A program made the translations under genes and the position numbers. A stretch of DNA of 64,000 nucleotides. Origin: a virus. A model generated the notes under the pieces. It worked only from the letters and a program-made list of their open reading frames with translations. It searched no databases and was not told where the DNA came from. The stretch is from the IMG/VR virus record IMGVR_UViG_3300040751_001853; one strand, 5' to 3'. Shown piece by piece: positions 17,649-28,945 of this stretch. Every line of letters begins with the position of its first letter. Positions within the stretch are counted from its first letter, which is position 1.

Positions 17649-20045
17649 ATGGCAACAATAATCAAAATTAAACGAACCACTGGTGCTAATGCACCCAGCG
17701 GCCTTAACCAAGGGGAACTAGCTTATGTCTATGATACTTCAGCAACCGATAATGGTGCTGGTGGTAATGGTTATAGGTTATTCATTGGTGATCCAACATC
17801 TTCATCTAATTCAGCAATAGAAATTGGTGGTAGATATTACACACAACTTTTAGACCACACACCAGGAACGCTAACTGCGTCTTCTGGTTTAGTAGTAGAT
17901 TCTAATAAAGCAATTGATGAATTGCTTATTGGTAATAATGCTACCACAGGTGGTACAATAAAATTAAACGAAGGTACTAATAACGGCGCACATTTTGTAG
18001 CTCTTAAATCTCCCAACTCATTAGCTTCAGACGTTACTTATACTCTTCCAGGTACTTACTCAAATGGTCAATTCTTAACAGTTGACGGTTCTGGTAATTT
18101 AAGTTTTGCTGCTATTCCATCAGGTTCATTTACAATTGCTGGTGATAGTGGTACTGACACATTTACTACTGGTCAAACTTTAACGTTTACTGGTGATACA
18201 GGAATTACTACATCTATTACAGATAACGAAGTTACAATAGACTTAGATGACACTGCTGTAACTCCAGGTAGTTATGGTTCTTCAACTGCAATTCCAACAT
18301 TTACTGTTGACCAACAAGGTCGTTTAACAGCGGCTGGTACGGCTACAATATCAACAACTTTAGATATTGCTGCTGATAGTGGTACAGACGATGGTGTTGC
18401 ATTAGGTTCAGACACATTAACATTTACTGGTGGTACAAATATTGATACTTCAGTTTCAGGTGATACAATTACAATCAGCACACACGCTGACGTACTAACA
18501 GCTTCATCAACACACACTTTAACAAATAAAACATTTGACGCAAATGGAACTGGTAACTCAATTTCAAATATTGAAGTTGCTGACTTAGCGTCTGGTGTTG
18601 TTGAAACTGATTTATCCGTATCTTTAACTACAGATGACAGCACTCTTGCTTCTGCTAAAGCAATTAAAACTTATGTTGATAATCAAGTTACAGCACAAGA
18701 TTTAGATATAAGTGCTGATACAGGTAGTGCTTCAATTGATTTAGATAGTGAGTCATTATCATTTGTTGGTGGAACTGGTATTAATACAACAACTGATAAC
18801 TTAACTAAAGAATTAACAATAGATATAGACAGTACTGTTGCTACGTTAACAGGAAATCAAACTTTACAAAACAAAGTAATTGATAGTGCAAACAACACTT
18901 TAACATTAGATTTATCTGAAGGTACTTTAACAGGTACTATTGCTGAATTTAATAGTGCATTGTCTGATGGTTCTTTTGCTACATTAGCAGGAACAGAAAC
19001 ACTATCAAATAAAACACTTACAGCACCTAAATTTGCTGACGCTGGTTATCTTGCTGACGCAAATGGTAACGAGTTAATTCTATTAAGAACAACTGCAAGT
19101 GCTGTTAATGAATTACAAGTTAGTAACGCAGCTACTGGTGATGGTGTAGAGATTGCTACAACAGGTAGTGATACTAACATTGACCTGGTATTAAATCCAA
19201 AAGGTTCTGGTTCAGTTGATGTTAACAACAGTAGAATTACAAACGTTAGTGATCCATCTTCAGACCAAGACGCTGCTACAAAAGCATACGTTGATAGTGT
19301 TGCAAATGGTTTAGATGTAAAAGATAGTGTTAGAGTTGCTACAACTTCTACAGTTTCTGGTACTTATGATAACGGTGCAGGAACAATTACTGCTGGTTCA
19401 AATGGTGCTATTGCAATTGACGGTGTTACTTTAAGTCAAGGTGATAGAGTATTATTAAAAGATCAAACTGACAACACACAAAACGGTATCTATACAGTTA
19501 CTACAACAGGTGATGGTTCAAGTGCATACGTATTAACAAGAAGTCCAGATGCTGATACAGCTTCAGAATTAACTGGTGGTACTTTCTTCTTTGCTGAACA
19601 AGGTTCTACAAATGCTGACAATGGTTATGTTGCTACACATAACGGCACACCAACATTTGGTACTACAAATATTACATTTTCTCAATTCTCTGGTGCTGGT
19701 CAAATTAGTGCTGGTGATGGTTTAACAAAAACTGGTAATCAAATAGATGTTGCTGTTGACGACAGTACGATTGAAATATCATCTGACGCATTACAGATTA
19801 AATCAACTTATGCTGGTCAAACATCAATTACAACATTAGGAACTATTAGTCAAGGTACTTGGAATGCTGATGTTATTGGTGAAGTATATGGTGGTACTGG
19901 ACAGAGTTCATATACTACTGGTGATATTTTATACGCTAGTGGTTCAAACACACTTGATAAGTTAACACTTGGTGCAAGTGGTAAAATTTTACAATCAGAC
20001 GGTAGTAATATTACGTACGGCGATTTAGACGGCGGAACTTACTAA
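17649..20045 (+). CDS. Tail fibre protein (798 aa)
   Basis: Mtd-N-like start MATIIKIKRT; Thr/Gly/Asp-rich repeats; DAATKAYVD...VKDSVRVATT and GDRVLLKDQT...NGIY fibre modules. Confidence 0.8.
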   Translation: MATIIKIKRTTGANAPSGLNQGELAYVYDTSATDNGAGGNGYRLFIGDPTSSSNSAIEIGGRYYTQLLDHTPGTLTASSGLVVDSNKAIDELLIGNNATTGGTIKLNEGTNNGAHFVALKSPNSLASDVTYTLPGTYSNGQFLTVDGSGNLSFAAIPSGSFTIAGDSGTDTFTTGQTLTFTGDTGITTSITDNEVTIDLDDTAVTPGSYGSSTAIPTFTVDQQGRLTAAGTATISTTLDIAADSGTDDGVALGSDTLTFTGGTNIDTSVSGDTITISTHADVLTASSTHTLTNKTFDANGTGNSISNIEVADLASGVVETDLSVSLTTDDSTLASAKAIKTYVDNQVTAQDLDISADTGSASIDLDSESLSFVGGTGINTTTDNLTKELTIDIDSTVATLTGNQTLQNKVIDSANNTLTLDLSEGTLTGTIAEFNSALSDGSFATLAGTETLSNKTLTAPKFADAGYLADANGNELILLRTTASAVNELQVSNAATGDGVEIATTGSDTNIDLVLNPKGSGSVDVNNSRITNVSDPSSDQDAATKAYVDSVANGLDVKDSVRVATTSTVSGTYDNGAGTITAGSNGAIAIDGVTLSQGDRVLLKDQTDNTQNGIYTVTTTGDGSSAYVLTRSPDADTASELTGGTFFFAEQGSTNADNGYVATHNGTPTFGTTNITFSQFSGAGQISAGDGLTKTGNQIDVAVDDSTIEISSDALQIKSTYAGQTSITTLGTISQGTWNADVIGEVYGGTGQSSYTTGDILYASGSNTLDKLTLGASGKILQSDGSNITYGDLDGGTY

Positions 20046-23000
20046 TCGTCATTAAGTAGGAAATATATTAATGGCGACAGTTATTAAACTTAAAAGAGGT
20101 ACGGGCACTCCAACTATAAGTGATCTTGTAAGTGGAGAGGTTGCGATTGATACTTCAAATCAAAAGTTTTTTATCAATGACGCTGGTGTTATAAAAGAAA
20201 TAGGTGGTGCGGCTGCTGCTGGTAATGGTGCATTAGTTGATTTAACTGATACAAATTTCACAACTCAACTACCTAGTCAAATTTTAAATTATAATGGTAG
20301 TGAATGGAAAAATGATTTTCAACATAATGTTGGCAAAAGAGTGCCATTTACAAAAACAGATGGAACTGAAACTACTCTTGCTCTTGTAAATAATAAAGAT
20401 ATGACTACAGTTAATGGATTTTTGGACCACGTTGTTGTACAATCATATTATTTACCATTCACAACTGCAAATGGAACATCAATACAAACAATTAGACCAG
20501 GCCATATGCCAACAATGGAAGGAATATAAAGTAAATGAGTGCTAAAACTCCAATACGAGCAACGTTTAATGGATCTGAAGTATCAGGTCTTGCCGAATAT
20601 CAATCAGGTGAATTTATTGATCTATCGCACGGAGGTCTTGGTGCCTCTTTATCTATTGGTACTACAGGTCAGGTTATAAAAGTCAACTCTGCTGGTACAG
20701 CTTTAGAATTTGGTAACGTTGAGGCTATTGTAAATATTGATAATGCTACTGATCTAACAAGTTCAACACTTGCGGCTAGTGATCAAATTTTATTATCAGA
20801 TGGTGGAACTGAAGGTAGAGTTACATTATCACAATTAGATACTTTATTTTCTGGCACTACACAAACTTTAACAAACAAAACTTTAACTGATCCTATTATT
20901 TCAAATACAATTATATTTGAAGGTTCTACAGATGATGACTATGAAACAACTTTAGAAGTTACAGATCCAACTGCCGATAGAACAATTACTTTTCAAAATG
21001 CTAGTGGTACAGTTGCTTTCTTATCAGATGTATCTGGTGGTGGTTCACCTGGTGCATTTACAACATTAACAATTGATAACAACATTGTTTTTGAAGGTGC
21101 AACAGCTGACGCAAACGAATTAACTTTATCTGTTACTGATCCAACAGCAGATAGAACAGTTAATATACCTGACGCTTCAGGCACAATTGTATTAAAAGAT
21201 ACAACAGATACATTAACTAATAAATCAATTAGTTTAACAAATAACACATTAACAGGTACATTGGCAGAATTTAATTCTGCTTTATCAGATGGTTCTTTTG
21301 CTTCATTAGCAGGAACAGAAACACTTACAAATAAAACTATTGATAGTGCTAATAATACAATTACTTTAGATTTATCTGAAGGCACTTTAACTGGTACTTT
21401 ATCAGAATTTAACTCTGCTTTATCAGATGGCTCATTTGCTTCTTTAGCAGGAACAGAAACGTTAACTAATAAAACGTTAACATCACCAGTTATTTCTACA
21501 ATCAGTAACACAGGTACATTGACGCTACCTACATCAACTGATACATTAGTTGGTAGAGCTACAACAGACACGTTAACAAATAAAACAATTGACGCTTCTA
21601 GTAATACTTTAAGTAACATTGCTAATACGTCTTTAACTAATTCTACAATTACACTTGTTGGTGACTCAGGTTCACAAGCAATAGATTTAGGTGACACTTT
21701 AACAATTGAAGGTACATCAAACGAAATAGAAACATCACAATCAGGTGATACATTAACTATTGGTTTGCCAGATGATGTAACAATAGGACAAGATTTAAGC
21801 GTAAGTAGAAATTTAACAGTTACAGGTAACTTAACTGTAAATGGAACTACTACAACAGTTAATACTACAAACACAACTGTTTCAGACTCAATATTAGAGT
21901 TAGCAACTGGTACAACAGGAACACCTGCTAATGACGCTGGTATCGTAATTGAAAGAGGAGATAGTAATAACGCATTTATCGGATTTGATGAAAGTACAGA
22001 TAAATTTACAGTTGGTACTGGTACATTTACTGGTGCAACATCTGGTGATTTAACAATTACAACAGGAACGTTAGTTGCAAATTTAGAAGCTACAACTGCT
22101 ACATTAGGTGGCAGTGATGTTATATCAACTGATAACACTAAAACTTTAACTAATAAAACTATTAATCTTTCAGGTAATACTTTAACAGGTACAACTGCTG
22201 AATTTAATAGTGCTTTAAGTGATGGAACATTTGTTGAGATTGATGCTTCACAAACACTTACAAATAAAACTTTAACTACTCCTGTTATTTCATCTATTTC
22301 AAATACAGGAACATTAACACTTCCTACAAGTTCAGATACATTAGTTGGAAGAGCTACATCGGATACTTTAACTAATAAAACAATTAGTGGTTCAAGTAAT
22401 ACTTTATCTAATATTGATAACTCATCTTTAAGTAATTCTACAATTACTATTCAAGGAAGTGATTCAAGTTCAGACGCTGTTGCTCTTGGAGAAACATTAA
22501 TAATTGCAAACGGTGAAGGTATTACTACAGAAATTGCTTCAAATACTTTAACAATTACTGGAGAAGACGCTACAGATACAAACAAAGGTTTGGCTTCATT
22601 TAATGCTACAGACTTTTCAGTATCTTCAGGAAATGTTACTTTACAAACAGAAAGAATACAAGATATTGCTGGTGCAATGTTCAGTTCAAATACTGAAACA
22701 TTAATTACAGCAACTTACCAAGATGCTGACGGTACAATAGATTTAGTTGTAGATAGTAATTTAGCAAACTATGATAACTCATCTTCTGGTTTCATAACAG
22801 CTTCATCTACATCAACACTTACTAATAAAACTTTTGACGCAAATGGTACAGGTAACTCAATTTCAAATATTGAAGTTGCTGACTTAGCGTCTGGTGTATT
22901 AGATACAACTTTTTCAAGTGTATCTGTAAGTGATAACACACTTGCTTCAGCAAAAGCAATTAAGGCTTATGTTGACGCTCAAGTAACTGCTAGTGGATTA

Positions 23001-25697
23001 GCAATTGCTGGTGATAGTGGTACTGGTTCAATAGATTTAGACACAGAAACTTTTTCAGTTTTAGGTGGGACAGGATTAACAAGTGCAAGTAGTGGAAATG
23101 CTATTACACTTAACATAGACAATGGTGGAGTTGATACTTTACAATTAGCAGACTCTGCTGTTGAAACAAATAAAATAAATAATCTTGCTGTAACTACTGC
23201 TAAAATAAATAATTTGGCTGTAACTAATGCTAAATTAGGTGCTGACTCAGTTGATGGAACAAAAATTGCTGATGACAGTATAAATTCAGAGCATTACGTA
23301 GATGGTTCAATTGATACTCAACACATTGGCAATGACCAAGTTACAACAGCTAAAATTGCTAACTTAAATGTAACTGAAGGTAAAATTGCAAACAACGCTG
23401 TTACTGTTGCTAAATTAGCAACTACTTTAGATTTATCATCTAATACAGTAACGTTACCAAGTTCATTTGTAACTACAACAGGCACACAAACACTTACAAA
23501 TAAAACAATAAGTGGTGCTTCAAATACTTTAACAAGTATCGGTAATGCTTCATTAACAAATTCTACAATTACACTTTCGGGTGATAGTGGTACAAATGCT
23601 ATAGATTTAGGCGATACAATTACAGTTTCAGGAACTACAAACGAAATAGAAACAAGTGTATCTGGTGATACTTTAACAATTGGTTTACCAGATGATGTTA
23701 CAATTGGAAACAATTTATCTGTAACAGGTGACACTACAATTACAGGAAATTTAACAGTTAATGGTACTACAACTACAGTTAACTCAACAGCAGTTAATAT
23801 TCAAAACGCATTTGTATTTGAAGGTGCAAGTGCTGACGCATACGAAACAACTTTAACAACTGTTGATCCTACTGCTGATAATACAATTAATTTACCAAAC
23901 GCTTCTGGTACAATTGTATTAAGAGATACAACTGAAACATTAACTAACAAAACAATAAGTGGTGCTTCAAATACTTTAACAAATATTGGAAACAGCTCGT
24001 TAACAAATAGTAAGATCACAATTTCTGATGGTTCAAATACACAAGATTTAGATTTAGGTAACACATTAACTATTACTTCAGGTGAAGGAATTGACGCTGT
24101 TGTATCTGCAACAGACACTTTAACAATTTCTGCTGAAGAAGCTACTTCATCTAATAAAGGTGTTGCTTCATTTAATTCTACAGACTTTACAGTAACATCT
24201 GGTGCTGTAACTCTAAACGCTGAAAGAGTACAAGACATTGCTGGTGCAATGTTTAGTAGTAACACAGAAACACTTATTACTGCTACATACCAAGACGCTG
24301 ATGGAACAATTGATTTAGTTGTTGATAATGATTTAGCAAATTACGATAATACTAATTCTGCTTTCATTACTGCTTCATCTACAGATACTTTAACAAATAA
24401 AACATTTGACGCAAATGGAACTGGTAACTCAATTACAAATATTGAAGTGGCAGATTTTGCTGCTGGTGTTTTAGATACTGATTTAGCTTCGGTATCTGCT
24501 AGTGATAATACCGTGGCTTCTGCTAAAGCAATTAAAGCTTATGTTGACGCTCAAGTTACTGCTAGTGGCCTAGACTTTCAAGCAGATACAGGTGGTTCAT
24601 TAGCAATAGATTTAGATACTGAAACGTTATCATTTATTGGTGGAACTGGTATTGATACAGTTGGTTCAGGAAACAATGTAACGTTTAATATTGATTCAAC
24701 TGTTGCGACATTAACAGGATCACAAACGTTAACAAACAAAACTTTAACAAATCCAGTAATTGCTACAATTTCAAATACAGGAACTATTACTTTACCAACA
24801 TCTACGGACACATTGGTTGGTAGAAACACTACAGATACATTAACTAATAAAACTATTGATACTGCTAACAACACAATTACTGTTGTTGAGGCAGATATAT
24901 CTGATTTACAATCTTACATACTTACTGACAGTACTGATACATTACAAAACAAAACAATTAACTTATCAGATAATACTTTAACAGGTACAACAGCACAATT
25001 TAATAGTGCTTTATCAGATGGTTCATTTGCTACATTGGCTGGTACTGAAACATTAACAGGTAAAACAATCAATACTGCAAGTAACACAATTACTGTTGTT
25101 GAAGCTGATATTTCAGATTTACAATCGTACATTTTAGCGGACTCTGCTAATACTTTAGAAAACAAAACTATTGCTTTAGGAAGTAATACAATTTCTGGTT
25201 CACTTGCTGAGTTTAATAGTGCATTGTCTGACGGTTCATTTGCTTCATTAGCAGGAACAGAAACATTAACAAACAAAACTTTAACAAGTCCAGTAATTGA
25301 CACAATTACAAACGTAGGAACATTAACATTACCTACTTCAACTGATACATTAGTTGGTAGAGCTACAACAGACACGTTAACAAACAAAACTTTTGACGCT
25401 AATGGAACAGGTAACTCTATATCTAATATAGAAGTTGCTGATTTTGCTTCTAGTGTTGTTGAAACTGATTTATCTGTATCTTTAACTACAGATGATAGTA
25501 CTCTTGCTTCTGCGAAAGCTATTAAAACATATGTAGATGACCAAGTCACAGCACAAGATTTTGACTTAACAGCTGATACAGGTTCAGCTTCTATTGATTT
25601 AGATAGTGAGTCATTACAAGTTACTGGCGGAACTGGTATTGACACAACAGTTGATAACTTAACTAAACAATTAACAATAGATATTGATAGTACAGTT
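18534..25697 (+). repeat. Dispersed fibre module '[17 protein letters not shown]...' with copies starting at about 18534, 22833, 24405 and 25392
   Basis: Near-identical protein and DNA in two different genes; the longest pair is about 18534-18839 vs 25392-25697. Confidence 0.8.
20071..20529 (+). CDS. Tail-fibre-associated protein with Mtd-N-like N-terminus
   Basis: MATVIKLKRG...GEVAIDT. Confidence 0.65.
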   Translation: MATVIKLKRGTGTPTISDLVSGEVAIDTSNQKFFINDAGVIKEIGGAAAAGNGALVDLTDTNFTTQLPSQILNYNGSEWKNDFQHNVGKRVPFTKTDGTETTLALVNNKDMTTVNGFLDHVVVQSYYLPFTTANGTSIQTIRPGHMPTMEGI

Positions 25698-28241
25698 ACA
25701 ACAAACTCTGGAACTCAAACATTAACAAACAAAACTATAGATAGTGCTAATAACACAATTACAATTACCGAGTCTGATATTTCTGACTTAGGTGCTTATA
25801 TCACTGCTTCAAGTACAGATACATTAACCAATAAATCAGGTAACATATCACAATGGACTAACGATAGTAGTTATTTAACTACTGAAACTAATGATTTAAC
25901 TGCTTCTGTTACTTGGGCAAACGTACCCGATGCTAACATTACAGAATCAAGTGTAACACAACACGAGGCTGCATTAAGTATTACTGAATCACAAATTTCT
26001 GATTTAGGTTCTTACATAACAGCTTCAAGTACAGATACTTTAACAAATAAAACACTTACTAGTCCAAACATAAACGAAGCAGTTGCGTTGACTGCTACTG
26101 CTACGGAACTTAACTATTTGGATGGTGTTACTGGTATTACACTAGGTTCTGCTAACGAATTACTTGTTGTTGGTGGAGATGGTTCTAGTATTGTAAGCGA
26201 CAGCACTTTAGCAGTTGATGCTAGTAATAATAGATTAGGTATCAATCAATCCTCACCTGAAGTAACATTACATATGACAGGCGAAGGTGCTCAAACAGCA
26301 CAAATTCGTATGGAGCAGTACAATGATAGTGCTGACGCTCCAGATGTAAGAACAAGAAGATACAGAGGTACAATTGCCTCACCAAGTGCTATACAATCAG
26401 GTGATTATCTATTTAGAAGTAACCACGAATACTATAATGGTTCAGCACTTATTGTTGGTGGACAGTTTGCTTTTGACAACAGCAATGATGCTGAGAGAAC
26501 ACAGTTTACGGTTGCGGTTACCACAGACGGTACATCAGTTGATGCCAGTAATTTGAGTGATGTGCAATTTAAGATTGATGGTAACGATAGTGGTGCTATT
26601 ACATTTAACAACGCATACAAGTTTCCAACCAGCGATGGTAGTGCCAACCAAGTATTACAAACAGATGGCTCTGGTGCTTTAAGTTTTGCCACTATTACAG
26701 ATCAATCACTATCAACTACAGATAATGTAACGTTTAATAATATGACTGTTTCTGGTAATTTGACAGTAAGTGGTACAACAACAACAGTAAATACAGAAAC
26801 TATAAATCTTGCTGATAACACTATTACTTTAAATAGTAATGCTACAGGTTCTGCAACAGAAAATGGTGGTATTGAAATAGAACGTGGTGATGATACAAAT
26901 AAAACATTATTATGGAACGAAACATCAGATAAATGGACTGTTGGTTCTGAAACATTTGTTGCTGGTACATTTGAAGGTGCTTTAACAGGTGATGTTACAG
27001 GTAATGCTGATACAGCAACTGCATTAGAAACTGCTAGAACAATTGGTGGTGTATCATTTGACGGAAGCGCTAATATTAATTTACCAGGCGTTAATACTTC
27101 TGGTAACCAAGATACTTCAGGAAATGCTGCTACAGCTACTGCATTAGAAACAGCTAGAACAATTGCTGGTCAATCATTTGATGGTAGTGCTAATATAACA
27201 ATTGCAAGTACAGATTTATCTAATACATCAAATATAACTTTAAATGACGCAACACAAACGTTAACTAATAAAACTTTAACTAGTCCAGTAATTGCTACAA
27301 TTTCAAATACAGGTACTTTGACATTACCAACAAGTACAGGTACAGTAGCACTTACAAGTGATATTCCTACAAATAATAATCAGTTAACAAATGGTGCAAG
27401 TTATATTACTGCTTCAAGTACAGATACATTAACAAATAAATCTGGTAATATATCACAATGGACAAATGATGCTGGTTACTTAACTTCGTTTACAGAAACA
27501 AACGACTTGACATCTTCAGTAACTTGGGCTAATGTTCCTGACGCAAATATAACTGAAAGTTCAGTAACACAACACCAGGCAGCATTAAGTGTAACAGAAT
27601 CTCAAATTAGTGATCTACAGTCTTATATTACTGCCTCATCAACTGATACTTTAACAAACAAAACACTTACAACACCAGATGTTAATACATCATTGAAAAT
27701 GGTTAGTAGTGGACAATTACAATTCAGAGATAATCAATCGTATATTTCAGAAAATGGTGGAATTATGTTATTTAACGCCGCGGCAGGACGTGGAGTTAGA
27801 ATGTTCTCTGCCGGTGCTGAAAGAGTTGCTGTATCATATGCTGGTGACTTAGAATTAAAAGCAGGTACAGATATAATCTTTGAAGGATCAACAGCAAACG
27901 ATTTTGAAACAACACTAACGGTTACTGACCCAACAGCAGACAGAAATATAACATTACCTGACTCAACTGGTACAGTTGCGTTGACAAGTGATTTAACAAG
28001 TTATATAACAGCAAGTTCTACTGATACATTAACTAATAAAACAATTGACGCTTCTAGTAATACAATATCAAATATTGGAGACAGTCAATTAACAACAGGT
28101 ATTGATGCTGCTAAGATTTCATCTGGATCAGTAAGTAATACTGAATTTGATTATTTAGATGGTGTTACATCAAGTATTCAAACACAAATAGACAACAGAG
28201 CAACAAAAGGTTTTGCTATTGCTATGGCAATTGCATTATAA
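20535..28241 (+). CDS. Giant modular tail fibre (2568 aa)
   Basis: About 25 TLTNK(T/S)-type repeats, repeated FEGxTxDxxETTL modules, VTTAKI decamer repeats and a C-terminal AIAMAIAL. Confidence 0.82.
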   Translation: MSAKTPIRATFNGSEVSGLAEYQSGEFIDLSHGGLGASLSIGTTGQVIKVNSAGTALEFGNVEAIVNIDNATDLTSSTLAASDQILLSDGGTEGRVTLSQLDTLFSGTTQTLTNKTLTDPIISNTIIFEGSTDDDYETTLEVTDPTADRTITFQNASGTVAFLSDVSGGGSPGAFTTLTIDNNIVFEGATADANELTLSVTDPTADRTVNIPDASGTIVLKDTTDTLTNKSISLTNNTLTGTLAEFNSALSDGSFASLAGTETLTNKTIDSANNTITLDLSEGTLTGTLSEFNSALSDGSFASLAGTETLTNKTLTSPVISTISNTGTLTLPTSTDTLVGRATTDTLTNKTIDASSNTLSNIANTSLTNSTITLVGDSGSQAIDLGDTLTIEGTSNEIETSQSGDTLTIGLPDDVTIGQDLSVSRNLTVTGNLTVNGTTTTVNTTNTTVSDSILELATGTTGTPANDAGIVIERGDSNNAFIGFDESTDKFTVGTGTFTGATSGDLTITTGTLVANLEATTATLGGSDVISTDNTKTLTNKTINLSGNTLTGTTAEFNSALSDGTFVEIDASQTLTNKTLTTPVISSISNTGTLTLPTSSDTLVGRATSDTLTNKTISGSSNTLSNIDNSSLSNSTITIQGSDSSSDAVALGETLIIANGEGITTEIASNTLTITGEDATDTNKGLASFNATDFSVSSGNVTLQTERIQDIAGAMFSSNTETLITATYQDADGTIDLVVDSNLANYDNSSSGFITASSTSTLTNKTFDANGTGNSISNIEVADLASGVLDTTFSSVSVSDNTLASAKAIKAYVDAQVTASGLAIAGDSGTGSIDLDTETFSVLGGTGLTSASSGNAITLNIDNGGVDTLQLADSAVETNKINNLAVTTAKINNLAVTNAKLGADSVDGTKIADDSINSEHYVDGSIDTQHIGNDQVTTAKIANLNVTEGKIANNAVTVAKLATTLDLSSNTVTLPSSFVTTTGTQTLTNKTISGASNTLTSIGNASLTNSTITLSGDSGTNAIDLGDTITVSGTTNEIETSVSGDTLTIGLPDDVTIGNNLSVTGDTTITGNLTVNGTTTTVNSTAVNIQNAFVFEGASADAYETTLTTVDPTADNTINLPNASGTIVLRDTTETLTNKTISGASNTLTNIGNSSLTNSKITISDGSNTQDLDLGNTLTITSGEGIDAVVSATDTLTISAEEATSSNKGVASFNSTDFTVTSGAVTLNAERVQDIAGAMFSSNTETLITATYQDADGTIDLVVDNDLANYDNTNSAFITASSTDTLTNKTFDANGTGNSITNIEVADFAAGVLDTDLASVSASDNTVASAKAIKAYVDAQVTASGLDFQADTGGSLAIDLDTETLSFIGGTGIDTVGSGNNVTFNIDSTVATLTGSQTLTNKTLTNPVIATISNTGTITLPTSTDTLVGRNTTDTLTNKTIDTANNTITVVEADISDLQSYILTDSTDTLQNKTINLSDNTLTGTTAQFNSALSDGSFATLAGTETLTGKTINTASNTITVVEADISDLQSYILADSANTLENKTIALGSNTISGSLAEFNSALSDGSFASLAGTETLTNKTLTSPVIDTITNVGTLTLPTSTDTLVGRATTDTLTNKTFDANGTGNSISNIEVADFASSVVETDLSVSLTTDDSTLASAKAIKTYVDDQVTAQDFDLTADTGSASIDLDSESLQVTGGTGIDTTVDNLTKQLTIDIDSTVTTNSGTQTLTNKTIDSANNTITITESDISDLGAYITASSTDTLTNKSGNISQWTNDSSYLTTETNDLTASVTWANVPDANITESSVTQHEAALSITESQISDLGSYITASSTDTLTNKTLTSPNINEAVALTATATELNYLDGVTGITLGSANELLVVGGDGSSIVSDSTLAVDASNNRLGINQSSPEVTLHMTGEGAQTAQIRMEQYNDSADAPDVRTRRYRGTIASPSAIQSGDYLFRSNHEYYNGSALIVGGQFAFDNSNDAERTQFTVAVTTDGTSVDASNLSDVQFKIDGNDSGAITFNNAYKFPTSDGSANQVLQTDGSGALSFATITDQSLSTTDNVTFNNMTVSGNLTVSGTTTTVNTETINLADNTITLNSNATGSATENGGIEIERGDDTNKTLLWNETSDKWTVGSETFVAGTFEGALTGDVTGNADTATALETARTIGGVSFDGSANINLPGVNTSGNQDTSGNAATATALETARTIAGQSFDGSANITIASTDLSNTSNITLNDATQTLTNKTLTSPVIATISNTGTLTLPTSTGTVALTSDIPTNNNQLTNGASYITASSTDTLTNKSGNISQWTNDAGYLTSFTETNDLTSSVTWANVPDANITESSVTQHQAALSVTESQISDLQSYITASSTDTLTNKTLTTPDVNTSLKMVSSGQLQFRDNQSYISENGGIMLFNAAAGRGVRMFSAGAERVAVSYAGDLELKAGTDIIFEGSTANDFETTLTVTDPTADRNITLPDSTGTVALTSDLTSYITASSTDTLTNKTIDASSNTISNIGDSQLTTGIDAAKISSGSVSNTEFDYLDGVTSSIQTQIDNRATKGFAIAMAIAL

Positions 28242-28252
28242 ATATATAAATA
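28237..28252 (+). promoter_or_regulatory. Tandem T4 late promoters TATAAATA-TATAAATA
   Basis: Two exact copies overlapping the fibre stop codon. Confidence 0.7.
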
Positions 28253-28267
28253 TAAGAGAGAGAAAAT

Positions 28268-28600
28268 ATGGCACAGAATTTTAGAAGATACACAGCAAGA
28301 AACGTTGGAACCTCAGCTACAACAGTATTTACGGCTGATAGTTATGACACAATAATCGGTATAGGATGCGCTAATATTACAGCGGCTGAAATAAAAGTTG
28401 ATGTAATATTAAATGATGCTGACTCTTCAAATGATGTGTACCTTGTTAAAGGTGCACCAATTCAAAGTGGTGGTGCTTTACAAGTAATAGATGGTGGGGC
28501 TAAATACGTAGTAAAAAGTGGAGACGTTTTAAAAGTCGTTTCTAATACTGCTAGTTCACTTGATGTTATTGTAAGTACAGTAGATGATATTTCAACATAA
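28268..28600 (+). CDS. Conserved virion structural protein (MAQNFRRY-type)
   Basis: Follows the AIAMAIAL-ending fibre, a gene pair common in marine phages. Confidence 0.65.
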   Translation: MAQNFRRYTARNVGTSATTVFTADSYDTIIGIGCANITAAEIKVDVILNDADSSNDVYLVKGAPIQSGGALQVIDGGAKYVVKSGDVLKVVSNTASSLDVIVSTVDDIST

Positions 28601-28609
28601 GGAAATTAA

Positions 28610-28864
28610 ATGGCTTATATAGGAAACAACATAGATAGTAGTAAAGTCAGATTTGCTGAAATGAAGGCTACTTCTTTAGACAAATCAGCAGTACAAACAA
28701 TTTATTTGAGTGGTGGTGAAGCTGGGGTTAATAATTCACCAGTAGATGCTTTTGGGATTTCTTTAGAACAAGTAATAACGGATTGTGAAAATCCAGGTTT
28801 CGATATTATTGATATGGGAACAATTGTTGCGGCAGTTGGAATAGTTGATTTTGGTTATATTTAA
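28610..28864 (+). CDS. Small structural protein (MAYIGN-type)
   Basis: AAGGA RBS and MAYIGN start motif. Confidence 0.6.
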   Translation: MAYIGNNIDSSKVRFAEMKATSLDKSAVQTIYLSGGEAGVNNSPVDAFGISLEQVITDCENPGFDIIDMGTIVAAVGIVDFGYI

Positions 28865-28899
28865 AAATTAAAAACAAAGGGAGTTAAACAACTCATTAT

Positions 28900-28907
28900 T
28901 ATAAATA
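28900..28907 (+). promoter_or_regulatory. T4 late promoter TATAAATA
   Basis: Exact consensus upstream of 28946. Confidence 0.75.
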
Positions 28908-28945
28908 ATACAAGTTAGTTTGTTAAAAAAAGGGAGAGAACAACA

